DNA of 64,000 nucleotides from IMG/VR virus record IMGVR_UViG_3300026116_000002, positions 1-64,000 of that record; one strand, 5' to 3'. A program made the translations under genes and the position numbers. This document shows positions 56,333 to 64,000 of this stretch, piece by piece. The notes below the pieces were generated by a model. It saw only the letters and a list, made by a program, of their open reading frames with translations, was not told the DNA's origin and did not search any database. The DNA comes from a virus. Position 1 is the first letter of the stretch, and the number at the start of each line of letters is the position of its first letter.

Positions 56333-56917
56333 ATGCATCGCTTTAAGTTGTTTTTAGTTTTCTTCGCAGTAATGCTTTACTGCGTTACACCAGTTACGGC
56401 GCAGACATCGACGCATGGGCCTGTCCCTCCTGGCTATGCTAACCCGCTTACACCATGGGGCTACCCGCTTATCATGGGCGGGGTAGATCCGTCTGGTATT
56501 GTGCAGTATTTTCCAATCAGCGCGGGCGGCAAGATCATTGTTACAGAGCCGTATTCTCCGCTCTATAGTTATGCCTTGGCGGCAACATCTGGCACTGCCA
56601 CAGTGGTTGGCTTTTTCGTCAATTACAATGGGGTTGAAACCGGCCCAAATAAGGTAGCGACTCAGTACACGTTTTCAGTTGGCACTGGTGGTTCTACATT
56701 TACAAACCTCTACAACACCGCTGCCTCCATCTCAGCTAACACGCCGCTTCCAGCAGACTTCGCCGGATTCAAGTGCGTTGTAAGCGTGGCAGCTATGTAC
56801 TTCAACAACTCAGCGAATACCACCGGCACTATCGGGGTTGTCCCGGCATCTGGTCCAGGCGTGCCGATCACTAACACGACCACCACCGCGTACTTCGTGT
56901 TCGGAGACGCTAAGTAA
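56333..56917 (+). CDS. Hypothetical protein with Sec signal peptide
   Basis: MHRFKLFLVFFAVMLYCVTPVTA/Q. Confidence 0.65.
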   Translation: MHRFKLFLVFFAVMLYCVTPVTAQTSTHGPVPPGYANPLTPWGYPLIMGGVDPSGIVQYFPISAGGKIIVTEPYSPLYSYALAATSGTATVVGFFVNYNGVETGPNKVATQYTFSVGTGGSTFTNLYNTAASISANTPLPADFAGFKCVVSVAAMYFNNSANTTGTIGVVPASGPGVPITNTTTTAYFVFGDAK

Positions 56918-56918
56918 T

Positions 56919-59282
56919 ATGAAAAACATTAAACTATTCCTTATTGCCTCGCTCATGTTTCTGTGCGTGTCTACAACAAATGCTCAAACAATCGTCTCTA
57001 CCAACTTTGACGGCGGGTTATCGACACCGGCTATAGATACTCAAACACAAGGGAACGTATCTGCCGGTACGTCTTTCACGATGTCGCTCACAACCTCGAC
57101 AGCCAACGAAGAGGCAGTAATAGCGATCAACGTGTCCGGGTCTACAGTGTCTTCAGTCGTCAATACAACAGGCACTGCCGGGGCTTGGTCGCTCGTCAAA
57201 GCGCAGGTTAATGGCACTGACGAAGAAATCTGGAAGTCGGATGTTGCCACGACTCAGGCGGCAGTGACCATAACCGTCAACCTTGCCGGATCGTCCACGG
57301 CAGCAGCCGTCATGAACACCTTCAAGGGTGTTTTCGCAGTCACCCCGATCGAGGCTAACACAGCAGCTAACCTGTCAGCTACGACGGCATGGACCGCATC
57401 AGTTACCACGGCTCAGGCCGGGTCACTGGTAGCGGCGTACATGGGCAGCGCCACCTCCAACACAATGACAGCGGGCAGCGGTTATACCGCTGTCACCTCT
57501 TCTGCTCCGTCAGCTACGGCGACGGAGTTTGGTGAGGTCAAGAACGCGGTGGTGGCGACCGGGGCGGCGACGGCGGCAGCGGCGACCATGAGCGGCAATA
57601 GCACGGGTGTTGAGATAGCGATCTCACTCAAGGCTTACTCCCCGGCTAACTTTGTACAACCAAACAATTTTGCGGTATCCTCGGCTCATTCACAGTCAGG
57701 CTCTAACTCTCTAAGCTGTAACTCGGCGTCAGGCTCAGACTTGATGGTGTCGACTTCGGACAGCAATACAACGGCGTCGGACTACTCTTCGTGGAATGTG
57801 TTTTTCACAAGTGTTGGTGCTGGCGTTGCGGTTGGGGCTACGGTGCGGTGCAACTCGTCGGCGTCGAACGCGAACGGGTACATGTTCCTCATCACGACGA
57901 ACACGGGCGTGTCTATCTCCAAACGCGTTACCAGTGCCAACACGCAGATTTCCGTCAACGTCGGCAGCGGCTCGACATTCTCAACCAACACGTGGTACAC
58001 GATGACGTGTCTCGCTACGGGCAACCATATTGTGGGGCGCGTGCAGCGGGTATCGGACGGATTCTGGCTCAACTCGGCGGGTACCTTTGCCGCGCCGTAT
58101 GCGGAATGCTCGTCCGTTATAGATTACACCTGGCAACCAGCTAGCGGGTACTTCTCGGGGCTACGCAATAGCTCGGCGGCTAACAGCGTATACTTCGACG
58201 ATCAAAACTACTCACAGACAAACATCTTAGTATCGTCGCCGGTGCAGTATCAAACGCTTCAGCGATCGGCAGGAGGCACAGCTTCAATTGCGATTACCGG
58301 CACCTACTTCGGCAGCCCCACCTCCATTGTCGCCTCGTGGAATGGCAATCCGCAGGCAACTATCGTCGCTAGTCCATCGGCCGGATCGTACACCGGCACC
58401 TTGACTGCGCAGCCATACGGGCAGGGTAACCTGACGATCACATCGTCAAGCGATGCGTCGAGCTACTGCGAAGTCCCAATACTCTCGATAGGCGACGTGT
58501 GGATCATAGCAGGGCAAAGTAATGGGTCGGGGCGGTGCGCCACCTCGCAGACGCCCCTGCAAGGGCTTTTGCCCACCATGTTTGGGAATGATTATCTGTG
58601 GAAGCTGTGCACAGATAACACGGACAGTTCAACCAATCAGGTTGACACCGTATCTTCTGACCCGCAAGCGGCAGGGTCCGTATGGCCCATTGTCGCGTCT
58701 TCGCTGGCAGCAGATACCGGCGTCCCGCAGGCCATTATTCAGACATGTCTCGGGGGTACACTGATCTCACAGTGGCAACCGGGCGGTTCTGGCAACTGGG
58801 ACCGTACCACCCTGTTTGGCAGTATGGCATACCGAGCCTCAAGTCAGACCGCCTCGCCGGTCACTGGCACGTGTAAGGCCGTACTGTGGTGGCAAGGGGA
58901 GAGCGACCAGCAAGCAGGCACATCACAGGCCACTTACACTGCGTCTATGGCGTCTCTGGCAAGCGCCATTAAGACGGACCTCGGGGTAAACTTAGTACCG
59001 TGCAAGCTTACCACGGCGGGCCTGTCTTGGGCCTCTGCCGCCAACCAGCAGCACATACAGGACGCGATCGGAGCCGAGTGGGCCAGCGATACAAATGTTA
59101 CAACAGGCCCGGACCTATCAGGGATCAATACCAACGATGAGGACTCAGGCTTCGGCGGAAGCCCTGCTCATGTCCACATCATCTACCAGCCACACGAGTC
59201 ACAAGCGGCTCTACTGTGGGTAAGGGCTATTGAGGCCGCGTTCTACCCGGTATCTAGCGGGTCGCAACGGATGCATTACTAG
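56919..59282 (+). CDS. Signal-peptide protein with C-terminal SGNH (SASA/sialate O-acetylesterase-like) domain
   Basis: MKNIKLFLIASLMFLCVSTTNA/Q; VWIIAGQSN, GGTLISQW, LWWQGESD, HVH. Confidence 0.85.
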   Translation: MKNIKLFLIASLMFLCVSTTNAQTIVSTNFDGGLSTPAIDTQTQGNVSAGTSFTMSLTTSTANEEAVIAINVSGSTVSSVVNTTGTAGAWSLVKAQVNGTDEEIWKSDVATTQAAVTITVNLAGSSTAAAVMNTFKGVFAVTPIEANTAANLSATTAWTASVTTAQAGSLVAAYMGSATSNTMTAGSGYTAVTSSAPSATATEFGEVKNAVVATGAATAAAATMSGNSTGVEIAISLKAYSPANFVQPNNFAVSSAHSQSGSNSLSCNSASGSDLMVSTSDSNTTASDYSSWNVFFTSVGAGVAVGATVRCNSSASNANGYMFLITTNTGVSISKRVTSANTQISVNVGSGSTFSTNTWYTMTCLATGNHIVGRVQRVSDGFWLNSAGTFAAPYAECSSVIDYTWQPASGYFSGLRNSSAANSVYFDDQNYSQTNILVSSPVQYQTLQRSAGGTASIAITGTYFGSPTSIVASWNGNPQATIVASPSAGSYTGTLTAQPYGQGNLTITSSSDASSYCEVPILSIGDVWIIAGQSNGSGRCATSQTPLQGLLPTMFGNDYLWKLCTDNTDSSTNQVDTVSSDPQAAGSVWPIVASSLAADTGVPQAIIQTCLGGTLISQWQPGGSGNWDRTTLFGSMAYRASSQTASPVTGTCKAVLWWQGESDQQAGTSQATYTASMASLASAIKTDLGVNLVPCKLTTAGLSWASAANQQHIQDAIGAEWASDTNVTTGPDLSGINTNDEDSGFGGSPAHVHIIYQPHESQAALLWVRAIEAAFYPVSSGSQRMHY

Positions 59283-59342
59283 TGAGTGTTTGCCTGCTAC
59301 GTCAATTGTGATATAATGAACGAAAGGTGCGTGACCACAGCT

Positions 59343-59981
59343 ATGTACGGCACCGCGACACAACCTGTCAGGACGGTTCATTTGCACCCTGCCGCTAAAT
59401 CGATCTTCGCTGTCACCAGCCTATCTGCCTTGATCGACATGCTCCACCAGGCCCCAAGCGCAGTGCATGTGCTGGCGTTCCTGATTGCTACCTCGATCAT
59501 CATAGACGGCCTGCTCGGGATCGTTGTGGCAGGGCTAAGAAGCAAGATCAAGTCCAAGCACATGCGCGACCTTGCCGTAGCCAAGGTCACCGGCTACGCC
59601 TACATCCTTGCGTTCGCGACGGTCATCACGATCGTCGCGAACTCGTGGTACGTGCTCGAAGCCTTCGAAGCTATGATCGTTCTCAATGAGCTTGGGTCGT
59701 ACATCGAGAACTTAAACCACTTGACCAAGTTCGGTGTCAACTTTGGAGAGAAGATCAATAACGCAATCCGTGCCGCTGGCGGATTGTTCGACGTACCGGA
59801 AACCACCAAGCGCGTCGAGATGTCAGCGATCTTCGACAGCGACGATAGCAGTCCGACCGTGACCGCCGTCGCCATGGAGCAGACTACCACGCACCCTACC
59901 CCAAACGCTACGACCGAGCAAGGGCGTAAGGGCGGTTCTACTAGGGAGCGCAATATTCCGGTTAATTCCGGGCCTCAGTAA
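59343..59981 (+). CDS. Holin
   Basis: IIIDGLLGIVVA...IKSKHMR...K...NELGSYIENL; three hydrophobic segments. Confidence 0.75.
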   Translation: MYGTATQPVRTVHLHPAAKSIFAVTSLSALIDMLHQAPSAVHVLAFLIATSIIIDGLLGIVVAGLRSKIKSKHMRDLAVAKVTGYAYILAFATVITIVANSWYVLEAFEAMIVLNELGSYIENLNHLTKFGVNFGEKINNAIRAAGGLFDVPETTKRVEMSAIFDSDDSSPTVTAVAMEQTTTHPTPNATTEQGRKGGSTRERNIPVNSGPQ

Positions 59982-59992
59982 AGGAAACTATC

Positions 59993-60489
59993 ATGAACAT
60001 CGTAAGCATTTTCAAGTCAGTGCTACAGCCCGTCGTCGACGCCGCTGTAACCGTCGAAAAGCCGCAGGCCGAAGCTCTCGCGGCCACTGTTGGCGCTAAG
60101 GTCGAAGCCGCCATTGAGACAGCAGTCACAAAGCATGTCGACGCTCCAACCGCCGCGCTAATCATGGCTGAGGTCGACGCTCAGTTGAACACGATCGAAG
60201 CGGAAGTCAACACCGACATCGAGAACTTCCGCGTCAAGCTGTAGGAGGGCATATGCCCATAGTGAACTCGGACAACATCGTATCGCTCATCACAGCCGTA
60301 ACTGCACTGGTAACGGCTGTCGGCGCGATCATCAACGGGTATCGGAACCATCAGGAGACGAAGGCTAACATTGCCCGCATCGACGCCCATAACGACACCG
60401 TAGGGGCGACGGCGATTTCAGCCCTCGCTGACTCTGTACCGATCTCTGCGATACCGGCGCTGGCGGCTACTACAAGGGAGACTCAGTAA
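59993..60489 (+). CDS. Two small lysis-region genes (59993-60244, 60253-60489)
   Basis: RBS AAAGGA and AGGAGG; the second has an N-terminal TM segment. Confidence 0.55.
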
Positions 60490-61097
60490 TGCCGAAAGGA
60501 TTTGACGCCTACGCGTCGATGAAGCACGGAATGGCTGAGAAGTTCGCAGCGGACGGATACCAGTTCAGCGCTGGCTATCTCTTTGTGTCAAGTGGCTTCA
60601 AGGTGCTTCGTGATCGTTCGGAGTGCGAAGCTGTAACTGATGCTGGCATGTCCAATGTACTGATCTTCGAGAACGGCAGACCGATCAACGACGCCTACTT
60701 TAACGCTGCCAAGGGCGAATACGATCACGTACATGCTATCCCGCTCGCAATAGCCACTGGCGCGGTACGAAACGGCACAGTTGGCCTCTACTACGCCGTC
60801 GATGGCGATGCAAGCTCAGACCCAAACGGGCCGGTCGCCAACTACTTCCGGCATGTGCATGGTCCAACCCGTGACGCAGGTTTCCTGACGGGGGTTTACG
60901 GCTCAGGCGCGGTATGCAAAATGCTCGTCGAACTCGGCCTCGTGACTAAGACTTGGCTTTCACAGTCTACAGGCTTCCCCGGATACCACGACTGGCTAGC
61001 GAAGGCCGATATCGTACAAGGCCATTCGGCCAACGTGCACGGGATCGACATAGACTACGATATTAGCGATGGACACGCTGGCGGGTTCAAGGTATAA
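60489..61097 (+). CDS. Endolysin, DUF1906/GH25-like glycoside hydrolase
   Basis: KGFD...GY...LIFE...LYYAVD...TGVYGSGAVC...WLSQS...IDIDYD. Confidence 0.85.
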   Translation: MPKGFDAYASMKHGMAEKFAADGYQFSAGYLFVSSGFKVLRDRSECEAVTDAGMSNVLIFENGRPINDAYFNAAKGEYDHVHAIPLAIATGAVRNGTVGLYYAVDGDASSDPNGPVANYFRHVHGPTRDAGFLTGVYGSGAVCKMLVELGLVTKTWLSQSTGFPGYHDWLAKADIVQGHSANVHGIDIDYDISDGHAGGFKV

Positions 61098-61264
61098 TGA
61101 ACCAAATCAAGGCACGTGCTTAATTGTCCACGACCTTTTAAAACGGCTGGCAGAAACGCGCGATGCGGAGGACGATTAAAAACCGGCACCGTCTGAGCTT
61201 AATAAAGAGCGGTTCTAGCCAACCTCGGATGCCTGCATAGTCCACCGATCAAAGGGCTTGCTAG

Positions 61265-61298
61265 AACGCCCCTCCCCGCTTATGCAGGGAGGGGCGTT
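61265..61298. terminator. Hairpin between convergent arms (probable bidirectional terminator)
   Basis: AACGCCCCTCCC/GGGAGGGGCGTT, 12-bp stem. Confidence 0.7.
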
Positions 61299-61334
61299 GC
61301 TATATCAAGCGACCAGTTTCATCACGCTTGGCGT

Positions 61335-61775
61335 TTATGTCTGGAATGAAGCATCACCTCCTGCATCATCTGAAATATCCGCTGCAAACTCGGGGTGCTG
61401 AGTAATCATGTGCCTGCCTAAGTCGGTAAAAGTTCGATTACAGCACGGGCACACGCCATTTGCTATACGGTTCCTGATTTTTGTCACTTGCCCCCTAAGA
61501 GCAGACCGACTTCGCTCCACCACCATGCACCTATCTCGTTCACGTCGGGCTTGCGTTTCAGCTATCTCCAAGTTTTTTGCAGCGCGGGCTAACTCTTGCT
61601 TGAGGCGATCAGTCTCCGTAACACGGTAAACTCGTGGATGACCATTCGGGCAGTAAAAGTTTCCGCCCGACTCTCTGCGTTGTTCATCGAACCTCTCAGG
61701 TACGCCAAAGTTGACGCCGCACTCTCCGCATTCGATGACCACAAGACTGAATTCGCGCGTTATCGCAACCTTCAT
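61335..61775 (-). CDS. Zn-finger coiled-coil phage protein
   Basis: CGECG, FYCPNGH, GVCPCCNRTF...HMITQHP. Confidence 0.8.
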   Translation of the reverse strand: MKVAITREFSLVVIECGECGVNFGVPERFDEQRRESGGNFYCPNGHPRVYRVTETDRLKQELARAAKNLEIAETQARRERDRCMVVERSRSALRGQVTKIRNRIANGVCPCCNRTFTDLGRHMITQHPEFAADISDDAGGDASFQT

Positions 61776-62368
61776 GACTTATTCATCCTCGCTTCCAAGT
61801 CGATCATCCTTACTCTTGGGGCACGATCATTGCCAAACATTTTCCCTGTAAACCTGCCCATGTTGACGAGTTGCCTTACGCGCTCCCGGCTAATACCAAG
61901 CACTTCAGCGGCCTGTGTCTGCGTCACCCATTCGATGCCGTCATCGTCAGTGTGACTTCGGTCTTGGCTATTGACCGGCTCAGGCGGTAAAGCTGCAAGT
62001 TCCGCCGCGATTTCTTCGGGTGTTTTTGGTAACGGCCTCATGTTGCCTGTGGACCGATGGTAATTGTAGCAATTTTTGCAAAGCCGCCTTGCGTATACCG
62101 AGCCATGCCCGCAATGGCTGCACATTTCGCCTAGCAGACGTCTCTGCGTGATACCGTGACATTGTGGGTCATACGTGGTAAACCACTCTTGTACGTCCCG
62201 CAAAAGAAATTGCAATCGCCCTGTATCCCAAAAACCACTCCTACTAGACCGCTTACGGGTAACCGGCACGCGTCCTTGGCGTGCCGCTTGCATTAAGACC
62301 GCGACCGGCACGCCGACCGCAGCAGCAGCCTCCTCTGTCGACATAACACCACCAAGTTCTGCTTCCAT
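61772..62368 (-). CDS. DNA-binding protein with two HTH_17-like domains and a Zn finger
   Basis: MSTEEAAAAVGV; CSHC...LCKNCYNY; VTQTQAAEVLGISRERVRQL. Confidence 0.75.
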   Translation of the reverse strand: MEAELGGVMSTEEAAAAVGVPVAVLMQAARQGRVPVTRKRSSRSGFWDTGRLQFLLRDVQEWFTTYDPQCHGITQRRLLGEMCSHCGHGSVYARRLCKNCYNYHRSTGNMRPLPKTPEEIAAELAALPPEPVNSQDRSHTDDDGIEWVTQTQAAEVLGISRERVRQLVNMGRFTGKMFGNDRAPRVRMIDLEARMNKS

Positions 62369-64000
62369 CTACTTCTTCTCCTTTTGCTCTACTAACACGT
62401 CCGGGTGGACTTCGAAGTATCCGTTTTGACCCTGAGCCTCGCGGATGTAGCCTACCTGAATAAGCGCTGTCATGACCTTTAGTTGCTCATCAGGCGCGAC
62501 GTTGGGCATCTGCTCCCATATCTGCGGAGCGGTGATTACGGATTGGCCGAGACCGGCGATTACGTTGAGCGCCCGCTTGACGCCGGGATCGCGCTCCTGA
62601 ATGCTCCCTGCCTGCAAGGCCGCGAGCATCTGCGGTATGGCGTACTCAGCGATTGCGACGGCCTCGCGCATGGTATCTGCGGAGATGGGGGTACTTGCCG
62701 CCGTCTCCTCAAAGTAAGCGGTCCCGCCCATCCCGTACACGCTGTCTGTCGCATGTTTGACGAGGTGGAGTACCCCCGCGATCCTGGCTGCCCTGCCAGC
62801 GTGCTTCGCGGCCCACTCGTCGAACGGGGCGAGGTCGGTTCGGCGGCGGGCGTTCATATTCTTGTAGAACTCCTTCCATACTTCAAGGCCGGGACCGTCG
62901 AGGTTGATTTCGTAGCACTTCTCAGGCTCCTCTTCGGTGGCGAGCGGCTTGATGTTCAGGAGTTGACTGAGCATCATTTCGTACGAGTGCGCAATGAATG
63001 GGTCGATGGGTACATCCTCGTACTCATCTCCGATCTCGGGCGTCGGGTGATACACGAAGGTACACCGGCCTATAAACCCTAATTCTCGAAAGGCGCGTAT
63101 CTGCAACATGTCCCGCAGGATTGCGGGCTGAACAATCGTGACGAAGTTCAGGTTGGGGCGCTTGATCGAGACTTCCCCTGCGTCCCTGCCGGTGTCATCG
63201 GCCTGCGATGCCTGCCCTTTGCGGTTGATGATAATACGCTCGCCGTCGTAGGACTGCAAACAGATATCGAGGTTTGGCTTGCCGCTGTTGTAGATGCCGC
63301 TGATGTTGGCGAAGAACCGCCCCTCGGCTGAGACTACGCACATCGCGTTTCCCTCGGCCTGAGCCATCTTGACCGCGAGGCTTTCGGGGGTGATGTCACC
63401 CGCGATCAATTGCGGCTTTGGGATGATCTTGGGCATGTGTTCTTCGAGCTTGTCGATATCAGCTTCAAGGCTTTCGCGTAGCAGCTTGTCTCCATGCGCC
63501 TTCTTGATATCAAGCTCCTTGCGTGCGATCTCGCGCTTGTACTGCCTGATCTTCGACGCGAGCTTTTTGTTCTCCGCGAGGTTGCCCTGCTCCAGCCCAT
63601 CCTGAAAGTTGTAGATCGGCCTCGACAACTTCCTCAAGGCTTGACTCTTGCGATAGCCGGAAGGCATAAGCGGGAGCATGAAGAAGCACAGTTCCTCTTC
63701 GTGGGTACTGCCGACCTTGACGTAGGCTTTACCTCGTATCGAGGCGCTGCACACCCCGATCGCGCTGATTGCCACAAGGTCAACCGGGACTTCGGTGGTT
63801 TCCGCGACGGCTTCGACATATTCGCGAAGTACCCCCGGCAAAGCATCCAGAGGGAATGGGATCGTCGCCACGCCGCTCGGCAGGGGCTTCCAGCCGCCTG
63901 TCATGGGACTTATGACCTGCACGGGCTTTGCCGCCGCTGTACGCGCCTGCGGGGGCGCTCCAAAGCCGTCTTTGCCTAGCGCCCTGGCTGACGCGCGATA
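62369..64000 (-). CDS. DUF3987/YfjI-family replication protein, 5' end outside window
   Basis: FPLDALPGVLREYV, PSGYRKS, DITPESL, VSAEG, GFIGRC; frame stays open from 63922 to 64000. Confidence 0.85.
   Translation of the reverse strand, partial: YRASARALGKDGFGAPPQARTAAAKPVQVISPMTGGWKPLPSGVATIPFPLDALPGVLREYVEAVAETTEVPVDLVAISAIGVCSASIRGKAYVKVGSTHEEELCFFMLPLMPSGYRKSQALRKLSRPIYNFQDGLEQGNLAENKKLASKIRQYKREIARKELDIKKAHGDKLLRESLEADIDKLEEHMPKIIPKPQLIAGDITPESLAVKMAQAEGNAMCVVSAEGRFFANISGIYNSGKPNLDICLQSYDGERIIINRKGQASQADDTGRDAGEVSIKRPNLNFVTIVQPAILRDMLQIRAFRELGFIGRCTFVYHPTPEIGDEYEDVPIDPFIAHSYEMMLSQLLNIKPLATEEEPEKCYEINLDGPGLEVWKEFYKNMNARRRTDLAPFDEWAAKHAGRAARIAGVLHLVKHATDSVYGMGGTAYFEETAASTPISADTMREAVAIAEYAIPQMLAALQAGSIQERDPGVKRALNVIAGLGQSVITAPQIWEQMPNVAPDEQLKVMTALIQVGYIREAQGQNGYFEVHPDVLVEQKEKK

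Noticed and set aside
1-64000. Integrase, reverse transcriptase/DGR, retron, transposase
   Set aside because: No recombinase, reverse transcriptase or DDE motifs recognised; lifestyle cannot be decided from this window.

Overview
This window is most of the genome of a tailed dsDNA bacteriophage (Caudoviricetes); the host cannot be identified from sequence alone. The virion is probably podovirus-like: there are adaptor, nozzle and ejection proteins but no tape-measure or tail-tube gene. Layout: (i) 1-12.6 kb, minus-strand early/accessory arm with PAPS-reductase-family genes, a TOPRIM protein, many small hypotheticals, a degenerate tRNA and an AT-rich repeat-bearing non-coding block. (ii) 12.7-21.2 kb, plus strand: terminase small subunit, then accessory genes (ASCH, HTH, candidate nucleotide sponge, lipoprotein HNH, structured RNAs). 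(iii) 21.3-32 kb: intein-containing terminase large subunit, portal, scaffold, capsid. (iv) 32-37.6 kb: a tRNA-like RNA followed by five glycosyltransferases and a methyltransferase inside the structural module. (v) 37.6-59.3 kb: adaptors, a free-standing HNH, tail and ejection proteins, an SGNH esterase. (vi) 59.3-61.1 kb: lysis genes. (vii) 61.3-64 kb: minus-strand replication genes. Most notable observations: a candidate virion O-glycosylation system (glycosyltransferase cluster plus poly-Ser tracts in virion proteins); an intein whose HNH endonuclease is overprinted in another frame with its own RBS and -10 box; a tRNA-shaped RNA with a 97-nt insert in place of the anticodon loop; and a small RNA complementary to the RBS motif shared by several early/middle genes. 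All functional calls come from motif recognition by eye; no database searches were run.
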